From Thermoplasmata archaeon (GTDB lineage Archaea; Thermoplasmatota; Thermoplasmata; Thermoplasmatales; GCA-001856825): DNA of 64,000 nt. Location of the stretch: contig JAKATW010000076.1 of the NCBI GenBank assembly GCA_021827945.1, positions 7,395 through 71,394 on the forward strand, written 5' to 3'. Positions 45,468 through 55,055 of the stretch are shown piece by piece (position 1 is the stretch's first letter; every line of letters starts with the position of its first letter). The notes under the pieces were generated by a model. The model did not search any database. It was not told the origin of the DNA and saw only the letters and a program-made list of their open reading frames with translations. Position numbers and translations under genes: made by a program.

Positions 45468-45660
45468 GGTCTCAGAATTTTAAAGTATTATAAAACGTTT
45501 GTATGTTTCAAGGCGCGGGATACTGTCCTAAGAAAGAAATAAGTTCATCTAAATTTAACTTGAGTTGGATAAGTACCGGTTGTAATGAAATTTTTAAGGC
45601 CCCTTCCGGTCATTGGATAGAATGGCAAATTTGATATATTGTATTATTAATTGTTGGTAT

Positions 45661-47514
45661 GTGTTTGGAGTTAATGGAAGAGTACTGTGGGTCAACCTCG
45701 ATGACCTGAGTTTTGATGAAGAGCAGATTCCAGAGAATATCTACAGGAAATATCTCTCTGGCTACGGTTTGGGAGTATACATACTCAACAGAGAGATGTC
45801 AGGTAAAGAAGATCCACTGGGTCCAAAGAATATCCTGGGGATAATGAGCGGTATATTCAACAGTCACGGAGTACCCCTTGGTGGAAGACTGGAGATAGTA
45901 GCCAAGTCTCCAGCAACCGGGACCTGGGGAGATGCAAATTGCGGTGGAAAATTCGGACCTGAACTTAAGAACAGCGGTTTTGATGCGATATTTCTAAGAG
46001 GAATCGCAAAGGAGCCGGTCTACCTGAAGATAGTAGACGGGAAATACTCTATAGAGAGTGCCTCCGAAATCTGGGGGAAGGATGCCTATCAGGCAGAAGA
46101 TTATCTCAGAAATATTGAACCAAAGGGTCAGGCGCTCGTCATTGGGGTTCCAGGAGAAAACAAACAGCTTATATCATCAATAATGAACGATTATGGAAGA
46201 GCAGCAGGAAGGTCTGGCTTAGGGGCTGTTATGGGCTCAAAAAGAGTCAAAGGAATCCTGGTTAGGGGAACGGGCAGGGTAGAACCATTCAGTAGAGAGT
46301 TATTAAGCCAGACAAACAAGGAAATCCAGATACAGTTCAACAAGAACATTGAGCTAGCAAGACCGTGGCAGTTGTTTGGAACCACTTCAATAACCGAATC
46401 TGCACACCTTAACGGAGATACTCCGATAAGGAACTGGGGCGGATACGGCCTAAGAGATTTCGGAGAAGACAATGCAAGGAAAATAAGAGGAGAGGAAATC
46501 GCGAAGGACAAGTTAAGGTCATACGGTTGCGCTCAGTGCACTCTGGCGTGCGGCGGTCACGTACGACGGAACACAAAGTATGGCCCGCTGGAGGGTCACA
46601 GACTAGAATATGAGGGAACCGGTTCATTCGGAGGACTCAACCTGAATTCGGATCTAGATGCGATGGCCATGGCCTTCGAAATATGCAATCGAGAGGGTCT
46701 CGATATAATTTCTACCGGTGCGGTCATTGCATTTGCTAACGAATGTTTTGAGAAGGGTATTCTCAAAGAGGAAGACATCGGATTCAAAATTGGATTTGGA
46801 GATCCGGATGCAATGATAAAAATGGTGAAACTGATAGCATCTGGGGAGGGGATAGGTGCTGTACTGGGCATGGGTACGGAGCTGGCATCAGAGAAGTTCG
46901 GCAATTTCAGTGCAAATTTCGCGATGCACATCCATGGACAGGACCTGCCAATGCACGATCCAAAACTCATGCCAAGTCTGGCCACTACCTATCTAGCAGA
47001 CCCGACTCCTGGCAGGCATACTGCAGGAGGAATTGGATTTGATGAGGGAGGAACTCTCACTCTACCGTTCGAATACGAGGGATCAGGAACAAAGATTGGT
47101 CGCTATGATTATGATAACAAGGGGAAGCTTCAGTCTCTATCTTCATACGGAATGCAGGTCATGAATGCTACAGGTATGTGTCAGTTTTCAACAGTAGTAT
47201 GGCCAAACAGTTATCCCTATCTGCAGTTGTTTAAGGCAATAATGGGTTGGGATGTAACGGCAGAGGAACTAATGAGCATTGGAAGGAGAATACAGGTCTC
47301 AAGGTATCTTTTCAACTACCGCGCGGGAGTCAATCCATGGAACGTTATTCCGCCTGGTAGAGTAGTGGGCAATCCACCTCTAGAGGGCGGTCCGACTGGG
47401 GGGGTACGTGTAGATTATCAAAGGTTGGTAAAGGATTATCTCGAAGAAGTGGGAATCGGGAAGGACGGAAGGCCGATTGAAAACGTTCTCAAGGATCTGG
47501 GGATAGAAGCCTAG
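45661..47514 (+). CDS. aor: Tungsten-type aldehyde:ferredoxin oxidoreductase family protein
   Basis: About 617 aa from GTG 45661 ('FGVNGRVLWVNLDD'). The [4Fe-4S] ligand motif is 'CAQCTLAC'. The track ORF begins at 45613. Confidence 0.9.
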   Translation: MFGVNGRVLWVNLDDLSFDEEQIPENIYRKYLSGYGLGVYILNREMSGKEDPLGPKNILGIMSGIFNSHGVPLGGRLEIVAKSPATGTWGDANCGGKFGPELKNSGFDAIFLRGIAKEPVYLKIVDGKYSIESASEIWGKDAYQAEDYLRNIEPKGQALVIGVPGENKQLISSIMNDYGRAAGRSGLGAVMGSKRVKGILVRGTGRVEPFSRELLSQTNKEIQIQFNKNIELARPWQLFGTTSITESAHLNGDTPIRNWGGYGLRDFGEDNARKIRGEEIAKDKLRSYGCAQCTLACGGHVRRNTKYGPLEGHRLEYEGTGSFGGLNLNSDLDAMAMAFEICNREGLDIISTGAVIAFANECFEKGILKEEDIGFKIGFGDPDAMIKMVKLIASGEGIGAVLGMGTELASEKFGNFSANFAMHIHGQDLPMHDPKLMPSLATTYLADPTPGRHTAGGIGFDEGGTLTLPFEYEGSGTKIGRYDYDNKGKLQSLSSYGMQVMNATGMCQFSTVVWPNSYPYLQLFKAIMGWDVTAEELMSIGRRIQVSRYLFNYRAGVNPWNVIPPGRVVGNPPLEGGPTGGVRVDYQRLVKDYLEEVGIGKDGRPIENVLKDLGIEA

Positions 47515-48224
47515 AGAAAGAGTTCCTGTTCTCCCTTGACAGTCGAATAATTGAATATTGGACCGGATTCACAGGCGTAGTACTGGCCGACATTACAGTG
47601 CCCGCAAACGCCAATACCGCATTCCATTCTCCGTTCCAGCGAGAGGAAGATCCTGTCATCTTTATAACCAAGTTTAAGGGCTTCTTTGACAGTATTCATC
47701 ATCATGAGTGGGGGACCTATAACGAATAACGCAGCATTCTTGCTGAAATGGGAATCCTTTAGAAGTGAAGGTACAAACCCCACTGAACCTTTCCACTCAC
47801 TATCCCCCTTGTCTACTGTAATGTGAATGTCTAGGTCCTTTTTCCATTCTTTAAACTGATTCTTGTACACTATATCGGAAGGAGATCTTGCTCCGTACAA
47901 CACTTCTAATCTTTCCGTCATCTTCGAATCTTCCATTTCCTCAATTAAACTCCTAATTGGTGGTACCCCTATCCCTCCAGCGACAGCAACAATTTCATCA
48001 TTATCTTTCCAGGGCCAGTAAGTGCCATAGGGTCCCCTCAATCCAACACTCTTGGATCCCTTCATCCTAGCAGTAACAGTTCCTATGCTCCTTATTGTGA
48101 AAACCAATCTCCTTCCGGATCCAGAAGCTACAGAGATTGGCGCCTCTCCAACTCCAGGGACGGACAACATGTAAAACTGACCAGCCTTGCCCTTGTTCTT
48201 TGTCTTGAATTCTATGCTGTACAC
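47511..48224 (-). CDS. FAD/NAD(P)-binding [2Fe-2S] oxidoreductase subunit (sulfhydrogenase gamma / PyrK-like); start uncertain
   Basis: Contains 'GQFYMLSVPGVGEAPIS', 'GPYG', 'VAGGIGVPP' and the C-terminal 'CGIGVCGHCNVG'. The conserved N-terminal strand 'DYLPEFETVSSTIDEAPE' lies in-frame upstream of the GTG at 48224. Confidence 0.8.
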   Translation of the reverse strand: MYSIEFKTKNKGKAGQFYMLSVPGVGEAPISVASGSGRRLVFTIRSIGTVTARMKGSKSVGLRGPYGTYWPWKDNDEIVAVAGGIGVPPIRSLIEEMEDSKMTERLEVLYGARSPSDIVYKNQFKEWKKDLDIHITVDKGDSEWKGSVGFVPSLLKDSHFSKNAALFVIGPPLMMMNTVKEALKLGYKDDRIFLSLERRMECGIGVCGHCNVGQYYACESGPIFNYSTVKGEQELFL

Positions 48225-48276
48225 TTCCGGAGCCTCGTCTATCGTGCTCGATACCGTTTCGAATTCAGGAAGATAA

Positions 48277-49194
48277 TCATTCGATAGAGTAGTCGTGGGT
48301 GATCACCTCCTTTATATCTATCCCCACAGGGCAATCCTCCACACAACGGTTACACCCTGTGCAAAGGTATTCCCCCTTCGACTTCTTGAAGTAAACGTAC
48401 TTGTGGTAGAATCTCTGCCTAAGCCTCTCGTCCAGGTCCTTTCTGACATTACCTGCCGAAGATGAAGTAAAACCAGAGAGAATACACGAATCCCATTCCC
48501 TCTTCCTCTCGTTTTCATCATCGTAGAGATCGAAACAATAGCAGGTGGGGCATGAGAAATTACAGGCGCCGCAGGATATACATCTAGAAGCGAACTCCTT
48601 CCAAAGTCCAGAGTTCCACTTCATTCTCCCCTCCAGTCCATCCACCGGGAGCACGTCCATCTTAGAATTGAAGCTCTCACTGAATCTGGAAAAGAACGAG
48701 TCACCTTCTTCTCTGTAGTCATTAAAGTACTCCTTGAATTTGTCAGAGACCATTATGTGGTAATCTTTCCCATCTCTGAGAACTTGCAGGTCATACTGAT
48801 CTAGGATCGGACCACCAAACGAGGTACAGAAGCCTCCATCGCAAGGTTCGTTGCAAACAAAGTTTACAAAGAGAGTTTTCTCCCTTCTCTCCGTATAGAA
48901 AGGATCTTTCCCCAATATCTGTTTGTCCATCTGATAAAATCCTTTTAGGTCGCAGCTCTTGACTCCAAAGACCGCCCTCCTCGTCTGTTCCTCGAGAAGT
49001 AGTACATTCTCATTCCTCTTTATAAGAAATTCCTTGGGAGCATAGCGTGACCTCTTTTCAGATATATGCTCAAAATCATTTACTTTATCAAAGATCACTT
49101 CTCCCTCTTTTTCTATAGTTCCAAATGTTTCAAAATCTTTTGAGATTGCCGCAAAAACCTCTTTCATTTCATCTTTGCTGAGTAGGAAGTTCAA
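48277..49194 (-). CDS. 4Fe-4S dicluster subunit (sulfhydrogenase beta / AsrA-like)
   Basis: 305 aa. Contains 'CISCGACNFSCPTCYCFD' and 'CTGCNRCVEDCPVGI'. Confidence 0.8.
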   Translation of the reverse strand: MNFLLSKDEMKEVFAAISKDFETFGTIEKEGEVIFDKVNDFEHISEKRSRYAPKEFLIKRNENVLLLEEQTRRAVFGVKSCDLKGFYQMDKQILGKDPFYTERREKTLFVNFVCNEPCDGGFCTSFGGPILDQYDLQVLRDGKDYHIMVSDKFKEYFNDYREEGDSFFSRFSESFNSKMDVLPVDGLEGRMKWNSGLWKEFASRCISCGACNFSCPTCYCFDLYDDENERKREWDSCILSGFTSSSAGNVRKDLDERLRQRFYHKYVYFKKSKGEYLCTGCNRCVEDCPVGIDIKEVITHDYSIE

Positions 49195-51233
49195 GTCAAC
49201 ACCCTTACTGCAACCACCTTGAACTCGGGGATCTTTGAAAGTGGATCTAGCTTCTTTCCCACGAGTCTGTTTACTCTCGATTCATCGAAGTGGAATGGAA
49301 CAAATATTATACCCGCTGGGACCCTGTTTGTTATCCTCGCCTGAGTCTTAATTGAACCGTGCCTGGATTCAATCGTAATATATTGAGAGTTTCTCACTCC
49401 AAGTCTCTTTGCATCTTCGGGGCTTATTTCAGCGTATGGTCCGGGCGATTCCCTGTTGAGAATGTCTGTCCTCCTGCTCATTGTGCCAGAATGGTAGTGG
49501 AAGTAATTCCTTCCTGTAGTCATAATCAAGTCGTACTTCTCATCCACCGATTCGGCTGGAGGCCCATAAGAAACGGGTATGAATTTGCCCCTTCCTATAG
49601 GGAAGGACTTGGTATGAAGTATCTCAGTTCCGTCTGGTTCATCTGAATTGATCGGCCACTGCTTTCCCGTGGGATAAATATTGTCATAGGATGCCCCGGA
49701 GTAACTAGGAATTGCATTGCCTATTTCCTCAAAAATCATCCTTGGTGAAACATAGCCTCTGATTCCAGCGACCCTCTTGCCGATTTCGTTGAGAATCCAC
49801 CAGTCCGGTTTAGCTTCTCCCGGAGGGTCAAAGACCTTGTTCACTTTCTGTATCCTTCTCTCAGTGTTTGTGAAAGTGCCTTCCTTCTCAAGGGATGTTG
49901 CCGCAGGGAGAACCACGTCTGCAGCACCAGCGGTGAGGGTCATAAATATGTCCTGAACAACGAAGAGTTCCAGATTTTCTATTCCTTTCTCAACGTCGCT
50001 AATAGCAGTTTCCGTTACCAGAGGGTTTTCTCCCATGACATATATCGCCTTTATCCTTCCGTCAGCTGCTGCGTCGAACATCTCAGATAAAGCAAGCCCC
50101 TTTGTCTTCGGGAGGGTCTTTTGCCAGAGCTCTTCGAACTTCTTGACTCTTGGAGAATCCACTGGGACATACCCCGGGTACCATTCGGACAGGTCTCCCA
50201 TGTCAGACGATCCCTGAACATTGTTCTGACCCCTTAGTGGAAAAATACCGGACCCTCTGACCCCGATGTTTCCGGTCAGCAGTGCAAGGTTTGAAACTGA
50301 CATAACATTCTCAGTTCCGTGAATGTGCTGAGTAATTCCCATGGCATACAATATTGCCGTGGGTCTTTCACTTGCTATCAGTCTCGCAGCTTCTCTAATA
50401 TCCTGAGGGTCTATTCCCGTGATTCCCTCGGTAACTTCAGGTGCGTACTTTTCTACCTCAGTCTTGAAATCGGTATACCCCTGCGTTCTGCTCTCAATGA
50501 AATTCTCGTCCTGCAGTTGCTCTTCCAATATCGAATACATTATGGAGTTTAGCAGAGCGACATCTGTACCCGGATTGAATTGTAGATGGAGAGTGGCTAG
50601 TTCGGCCAATTGTGTTTTTCTAGGATCAGCAACTACTAGATTCTTCCCCTTCTTTCTCTCCTTCACAATCTCGGTTCCGATAATCGGATGCTGTTCAGTC
50701 GTGTTGGATCCTATAACGAAATAGGTCTTCGAATCTTCAAGACTTCTAATTGATCCTGTTGCCGCGCCGGCACCCAGAGTTGTGATAAGGCCAAGTGCAG
50801 TAGGACTGTGGCAGCTTCTTGCACAGTGATCTATGTTATTAGTACCTACCAACCTTGCAATCTTTTGCATCAGATAGTTCTCTTCATTGGTGCACTTTGC
50901 AGATGATTGGAATGCTACCGCATCCGGTCCATACCTCTTAATAATGCCCAAAAGTTTTGTAGAGACCTCCCCGAATGCTTCCTCCCAGGTTACCCTGACA
51001 AACTCTCCATTTCTCTTGATCTGAGGATATTTCAGTCTCTGTTTCGAAAAGTTGTAAGAGAGCCCTGAATATCCTTTTATGCAGAGTTTACCCGAATTTA
51101 CTGGAGATTTGGAGTAACCAGTGACCCTTTCCCCTGTATCGGAGTCGTTAACAATGATCTGGCAACCCGTTCCACAGTATGGGCATACGGTAAGAACAGA
51201 CACTTGTACTCTATCGCGTTGCCCTATAAACAA
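49191..51233 (-). CDS. fdhA: Formate dehydrogenase catalytic subunit (Mo/W-bis-MGD), cysteine type
   Basis: 680 aa. The N-terminal [4Fe-4S] motif is 'CPYCGTGCQI'. The active site 'HCARSCHSPT' has Cys where selenoenzymes have Sec. Confidence 0.85.
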   Translation of the reverse strand: MFIGQRDRVQVSVLTVCPYCGTGCQIIVNDSDTGERVTGYSKSPVNSGKLCIKGYSGLSYNFSKQRLKYPQIKRNGEFVRVTWEEAFGEVSTKLLGIIKRYGPDAVAFQSSAKCTNEENYLMQKIARLVGTNNIDHCARSCHSPTALGLITTLGAGAATGSIRSLEDSKTYFVIGSNTTEQHPIIGTEIVKERKKGKNLVVADPRKTQLAELATLHLQFNPGTDVALLNSIMYSILEEQLQDENFIESRTQGYTDFKTEVEKYAPEVTEGITGIDPQDIREAARLIASERPTAILYAMGITQHIHGTENVMSVSNLALLTGNIGVRGSGIFPLRGQNNVQGSSDMGDLSEWYPGYVPVDSPRVKKFEELWQKTLPKTKGLALSEMFDAAADGRIKAIYVMGENPLVTETAISDVEKGIENLELFVVQDIFMTLTAGAADVVLPAATSLEKEGTFTNTERRIQKVNKVFDPPGEAKPDWWILNEIGKRVAGIRGYVSPRMIFEEIGNAIPSYSGASYDNIYPTGKQWPINSDEPDGTEILHTKSFPIGRGKFIPVSYGPPAESVDEKYDLIMTTGRNYFHYHSGTMSRRTDILNRESPGPYAEISPEDAKRLGVRNSQYITIESRHGSIKTQARITNRVPAGIIFVPFHFDESRVNRLVGKKLDPLSKIPEFKVVAVRVLT

Positions 51234-51302
51234 TTAATCTTGTAAGAGTTCCTATTGCAGAAATATTGCGAATTGAAAGCCAGACGAATTTAAACCCTTG
51301 CG

Positions 51303-51878
51303 TCATTCATCCTTGCAATTTAGTATCTTTCTGACTGTCTCTAGATCTTTCGAGGTATTCACGTTAAATAGTCTGGAGCTCTGATCTCTGTTCAATGTGA
51401 CCAGTTGAAACCTCCTTTTGATGAAGTTAAATATTTGACTATCGTGAAGTGAGTGTTCTAACATCTCGTCATGGATTACCCTGTTGTAGATTGCGAACAG
51501 AGGTTCAATGGTTCCATCGAAGTCCACTGCAGCAACAGGAATTCCTCGATACCCCTTTAGAAGAGAATAGATCACATCACTGTTCAACATTGGTAGGTCT
51601 CCTCCAACAGCAAAGAACTCATCGAATTTTTCAATCGCATTCAATAATGAATTGATCAAGGTACCGTGAGAAAAATCCCTCATTATTGTACGATCATCAA
51701 TTTCCAGATTCGTATATTTAGAGAATACAATCACTTGCTCAAAGGAGCCGGTATTTTCAAGCGTGTGATATATCCTTTTGAGCATGGGTTCTCCGCAGAT
51801 GGGCATTAGGTGCTTACCAGGCAGTCTTTTACTCTGTTTGGCAAAAATTAATGCCTTCACGTTTGTCACCCCATCCAA
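51303..51878 (-). CDS. mobA: Molybdenum cofactor guanylyltransferase MobA-like nucleotidyltransferase
   Basis: 191 aa. 'ALIFAKQSKRLPGKHLMPICGEPML' is an NTP_transf_3-like N-terminus. It sits at the edge of the Mo/W island. Confidence 0.6.
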   Translation of the reverse strand: MDGVTNVKALIFAKQSKRLPGKHLMPICGEPMLKRIYHTLENTGSFEQVIVFSKYTNLEIDDRTIMRDFSHGTLINSLLNAIEKFDEFFAVGGDLPMLNSDVIYSLLKGYRGIPVAAVDFDGTIEPLFAIYNRVIHDEMLEHSLHDSQIFNFIKRRFQLVTLNRDQSSRLFNVNTSKDLETVRKILNCKDE

Positions 51879-52112
51879 GTCGAATAATGCGAATTTTGAT
51901 CATAACTTCCCTTTTTGATATCAAGATTCACGGGAAGTCATAAATGTGCAGATAATAAAACATATTCTTGGCGTAGGAATCTGTTCTGATTCTCCGACAG
52001 TGGGAGAAATGTGACCGGTGTGTGAATCCCTGAATGATAAACCTGGGCCAGATTGTGCTAGATAGAAGAGAAAATACGGCAATGGTTATAGCCCACATTT
52101 GATTGATGTAAG

Positions 52113-55055
52113 ATGTCGTTTCCCCTCAAGGAACTGGGCTCTTGCAAGTATGAGATTTCCCTTGACTCATCAAAGGGGATGAGAGTACCTGGAATCATAT
52201 ACGCTAACGAGGTGTTAAAGAAGGGTATAGAGGGTGACGAGTCGTTAAACCAGGTGGTTAATGTCTCAAAACTTCCAGGCATTATAAATGCATCAATTGC
52301 AATGCCAGACATCCATCTCGGATACGGTTTCCCAATTGGAGGAGTAGCTGCTTTTGACCTGGATAATGGGGTCATTAGCCCTGGAGGAGTTGGTTATGAT
52401 ATAAATTGCCTCCGTGGTGACTCGAGATTGTTGGATTCCTTCGGTGCCTGGAAGACAATAGACAGATTGACAGGAGGCACGATACTTGGTTATGAAAGGA
52501 TCACGAAATGTCAGAAAGAAAATCAAGTGCTTCTGACAATGTATAGCAGTAAACATAAGGAAATCATGCTCGTAAGAACCGAATGTGGTAAGGAACTTTT
52601 TGTCACTCCGGATCATCCGATAATGACAGAATCCGGAATGACGGAGACAAGTAGGTTAAAGGTTGGTGAACGGATAGTAGTTAAGGGTTTTGAGGGCATT
52701 GAATTCACCAAACCAAGTTCTCGTTTCGTAATATCGAGGGAAATTCTTATCGCTACGATGGATAGATTGGGCATTCCGAATAAGGGAAGTGGAAGGGGCA
52801 AATTATTGGCCCATCTCTCACAACTGTCACTAATTGACCTCCGCCTTGATAATCCGAAGGTATCAGTCTTTTTGAAATTGACTGGTTTAATTTTCGGAGG
52901 CGGAACCATTCAAAATAAATCCTTAAAGGTTAAAATCCGCGGTGAAAAGGAAAACCTTGAGGAAGTGAAGAAGGACCTTGCTATCTTGGGGATACCAGCC
53001 GATATTTTCTCAGGAAAGAGAGGACATCAAACTGGAAAAGTGTACGGAAGTCGTAAGGTTGAACAAAGTAGATACTCCCTGAACATTCTTTCAAAGGGAT
53101 TTGGACTGTTACTCGTAGCATTGGGGGTTCCGGTCGGAGAAAGGAGCCTGAAGCCGTACCCCATACCCGATTGGTTGATGGAGACAGAGAACTGGCAAAA
53201 GAGGTTGTTTCTTGCCTCCTTCTTTGGAGTAGAAATGACTGCACCAAGATCAGTTGAAGGAACGGATTTCTCTGCTCCAACCATTTCAATTAACAAGCAT
53301 GATTCGATCTCCCCTAATGCAGCTGTATTCCTGTCCCAGATAGCTGAAATGCTGAACCAACTGGGAGTCACTAGTTCAATTACAGTGAAAACCAGCAGTT
53401 GCGTCCATCACGGAATGAAAGAAGAGAGAATGAGTTACAGCCTGCACATTTTGCCGACGATTGAAAATCTGATAAAATTTTACTCGACCATCTCGTATGA
53501 GTACAACAAAAACAAGTCCTTTCTCTCTGGTCTAGCAAGTCTGTATCTTGCGAAAGTTTTAAGGGCCAAGACAAAGGAAGATCCCATCGGAGAGACGGCT
53601 ATTTCGACTCGCCATGAGTTGAGAGGCACTGACATGGTACTGACCTTATCTGCTGACAAAGAATCCAGCAAGTATTCCTTTGAAACTGGCAGACCGACCA
53701 AGGTTGAAAGAGAAAGGGGAGCAATGGTGGTACTTTCCGATAGATTTGATGAATTTATTCAGAAATCCGCGATATCCAGAGATTTTGCCTACGATAAGAT
53801 AGAAGAGATAAGTAGTCTGCCATTCGATGGGGAAGTATATGACTTGACCGTAAACGATCCTGACCACAATTTTGTCGCGAACGGAATCGTCGTTTCGAAC
53901 TGCGGGGTCAGATTGGTTAGAACCGACCTTACTGCTTCCGATATGGGACAGAAAGTGAGGCCCCTGATCGATTCAATTTTCGAAAATGTTCCTTCTGGTG
54001 TTGGAAGGGAGGGTAGACTTAAGATCAGCAGGGACAAGATTGAAGGTTTTTTATCGGAGGGAGTGAAGGGAGTTGTCGATGAGGGATTCGGTTGGTCAAG
54101 GGATGCTGAAAGAATTGAGGAGGGGGGGAACATAGATCTTGCAGTCCGATCCAAGATTTCTCAAAAGGCAAGAGAAAGGGGTTTCCCCCAACTGGGATCT
54201 CTGGGGGCTGGAAATCATTTCCTGGAGGTCCAATTGGTAGACAAGATATATGATACTGACCTTGCAGAGAAATTTGGGTTGTTTTCTGTGGGTCAGGTAA
54301 CGGTCATGGTTCACACCGGATCAAGAGGATTTGGTCATCAGGTAGCCACGGATTACCTTGAAGTAATGGATAATGCGATGAAGAAATACAACCTATCAGT
54401 TCCGGACAAACAACTGGCTTCTGCACCTTTCCTCTCTCAGGAAGCCCAGGATTATGTGGGAGCTATGGGAGGTGCAGCTAATTTTGGATTTTCCAATAGA
54501 CAAATCATTACTCACTGGATAAGAGAAAGTTTCAGATCGGTCCTTAAAAGAGATCCAGAGGAGATGGGAATGGATATCTTATACGACGTCAGCCACAACA
54601 TTGCAAAAGTAGAGGAACACGAAGTTGACGGAAAGAACAGGACTGTAATCGTGCACCGTAAAGGAGCTACCAGAGCATTTCCAGCAGGAAGGAGAGAGCT
54701 GCCAACACTGTACAAGGAAACCGGTCATCCTGTGATCATACCTGGAACAATGGGGACTGCTTCTTATGTGCTTGTCGGAACCCCTAAGGCCTTGGCCGAC
54801 ACGTTCGGGTCTACGTGTCATGGTTCTGGTAGGGTAATGAGCAGGAGCAAAGCGGTAAGGCAGTACACCAGCCAGGGAGTGAGTTCGATCCTCGAGAGTA
54901 AGGGCATCTATGTGAGAGCAGCAACGAAGTACGTCCTTCAGGAAGAAGCTCCAATGGCTTACAAGGATGTGGATCAGGTAGTGAAATCGGTTGAGTGTGC
55001 TGAGATATCGCGGATAGTTGCAAGACTTAGACCAATCGGAGTAATGAAAGGATGA
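52113..55055 (+). CDS. rtcB: RNA-splicing ligase RtcB, interrupted by an intein
   Basis: 980 aa. The exteins join as 'GGVGYDIN|CGVRLVRTD'. Downstream motifs include 'GAGNHFLE', 'HTGSRGFGH' and 'CHGSGR'. Confidence 0.95.
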   Translation: MSFPLKELGSCKYEISLDSSKGMRVPGIIYANEVLKKGIEGDESLNQVVNVSKLPGIINASIAMPDIHLGYGFPIGGVAAFDLDNGVISPGGVGYDINCLRGDSRLLDSFGAWKTIDRLTGGTILGYERITKCQKENQVLLTMYSSKHKEIMLVRTECGKELFVTPDHPIMTESGMTETSRLKVGERIVVKGFEGIEFTKPSSRFVISREILIATMDRLGIPNKGSGRGKLLAHLSQLSLIDLRLDNPKVSVFLKLTGLIFGGGTIQNKSLKVKIRGEKENLEEVKKDLAILGIPADIFSGKRGHQTGKVYGSRKVEQSRYSLNILSKGFGLLLVALGVPVGERSLKPYPIPDWLMETENWQKRLFLASFFGVEMTAPRSVEGTDFSAPTISINKHDSISPNAAVFLSQIAEMLNQLGVTSSITVKTSSCVHHGMKEERMSYSLHILPTIENLIKFYSTISYEYNKNKSFLSGLASLYLAKVLRAKTKEDPIGETAISTRHELRGTDMVLTLSADKESSKYSFETGRPTKVERERGAMVVLSDRFDEFIQKSAISRDFAYDKIEEISSLPFDGEVYDLTVNDPDHNFVANGIVVSNCGVRLVRTDLTASDMGQKVRPLIDSIFENVPSGVGREGRLKISRDKIEGFLSEGVKGVVDEGFGWSRDAERIEEGGNIDLAVRSKISQKARERGFPQLGSLGAGNHFLEVQLVDKIYDTDLAEKFGLFSVGQVTVMVHTGSRGFGHQVATDYLEVMDNAMKKYNLSVPDKQLASAPFLSQEAQDYVGAMGGAANFGFSNRQIITHWIRESFRSVLKRDPEEMGMDILYDVSHNIAKVEEHEVDGKNRTVIVHRKGATRAFPAGRRELPTLYKETGHPVIIPGTMGTASYVLVGTPKALADTFGSTCHGSGRVMSRSKAVRQYTSQGVSSILESKGIYVRAATKYVLQEEAPMAYKDVDQVVKSVECAEISRIVARLRPIGVMKG
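52407..53900 (+). mobile_element. Intein (498 aa) with a LAGLIDADG-type homing-endonuclease domain inside rtcB
   Basis: It starts 'CLRGDSRLL'. Block B is 'FVTPDHPIMT'. LAGLIDADG-like motifs are 'LKLTGLIFGGGT' and 'LFLASFFGVEMT'. It ends 'VYDLTVNDPDHNFVANGIVVSN', followed by the +1 Cys. Confidence 0.9.

Noticed and set aside
49191-51233. Selenocysteine (in-frame TGA) in formate dehydrogenase.
   Set aside because: The ORF is uninterrupted, and the active-site position reads Cys ('ARSCH'). No SECIS-like requirement arises.
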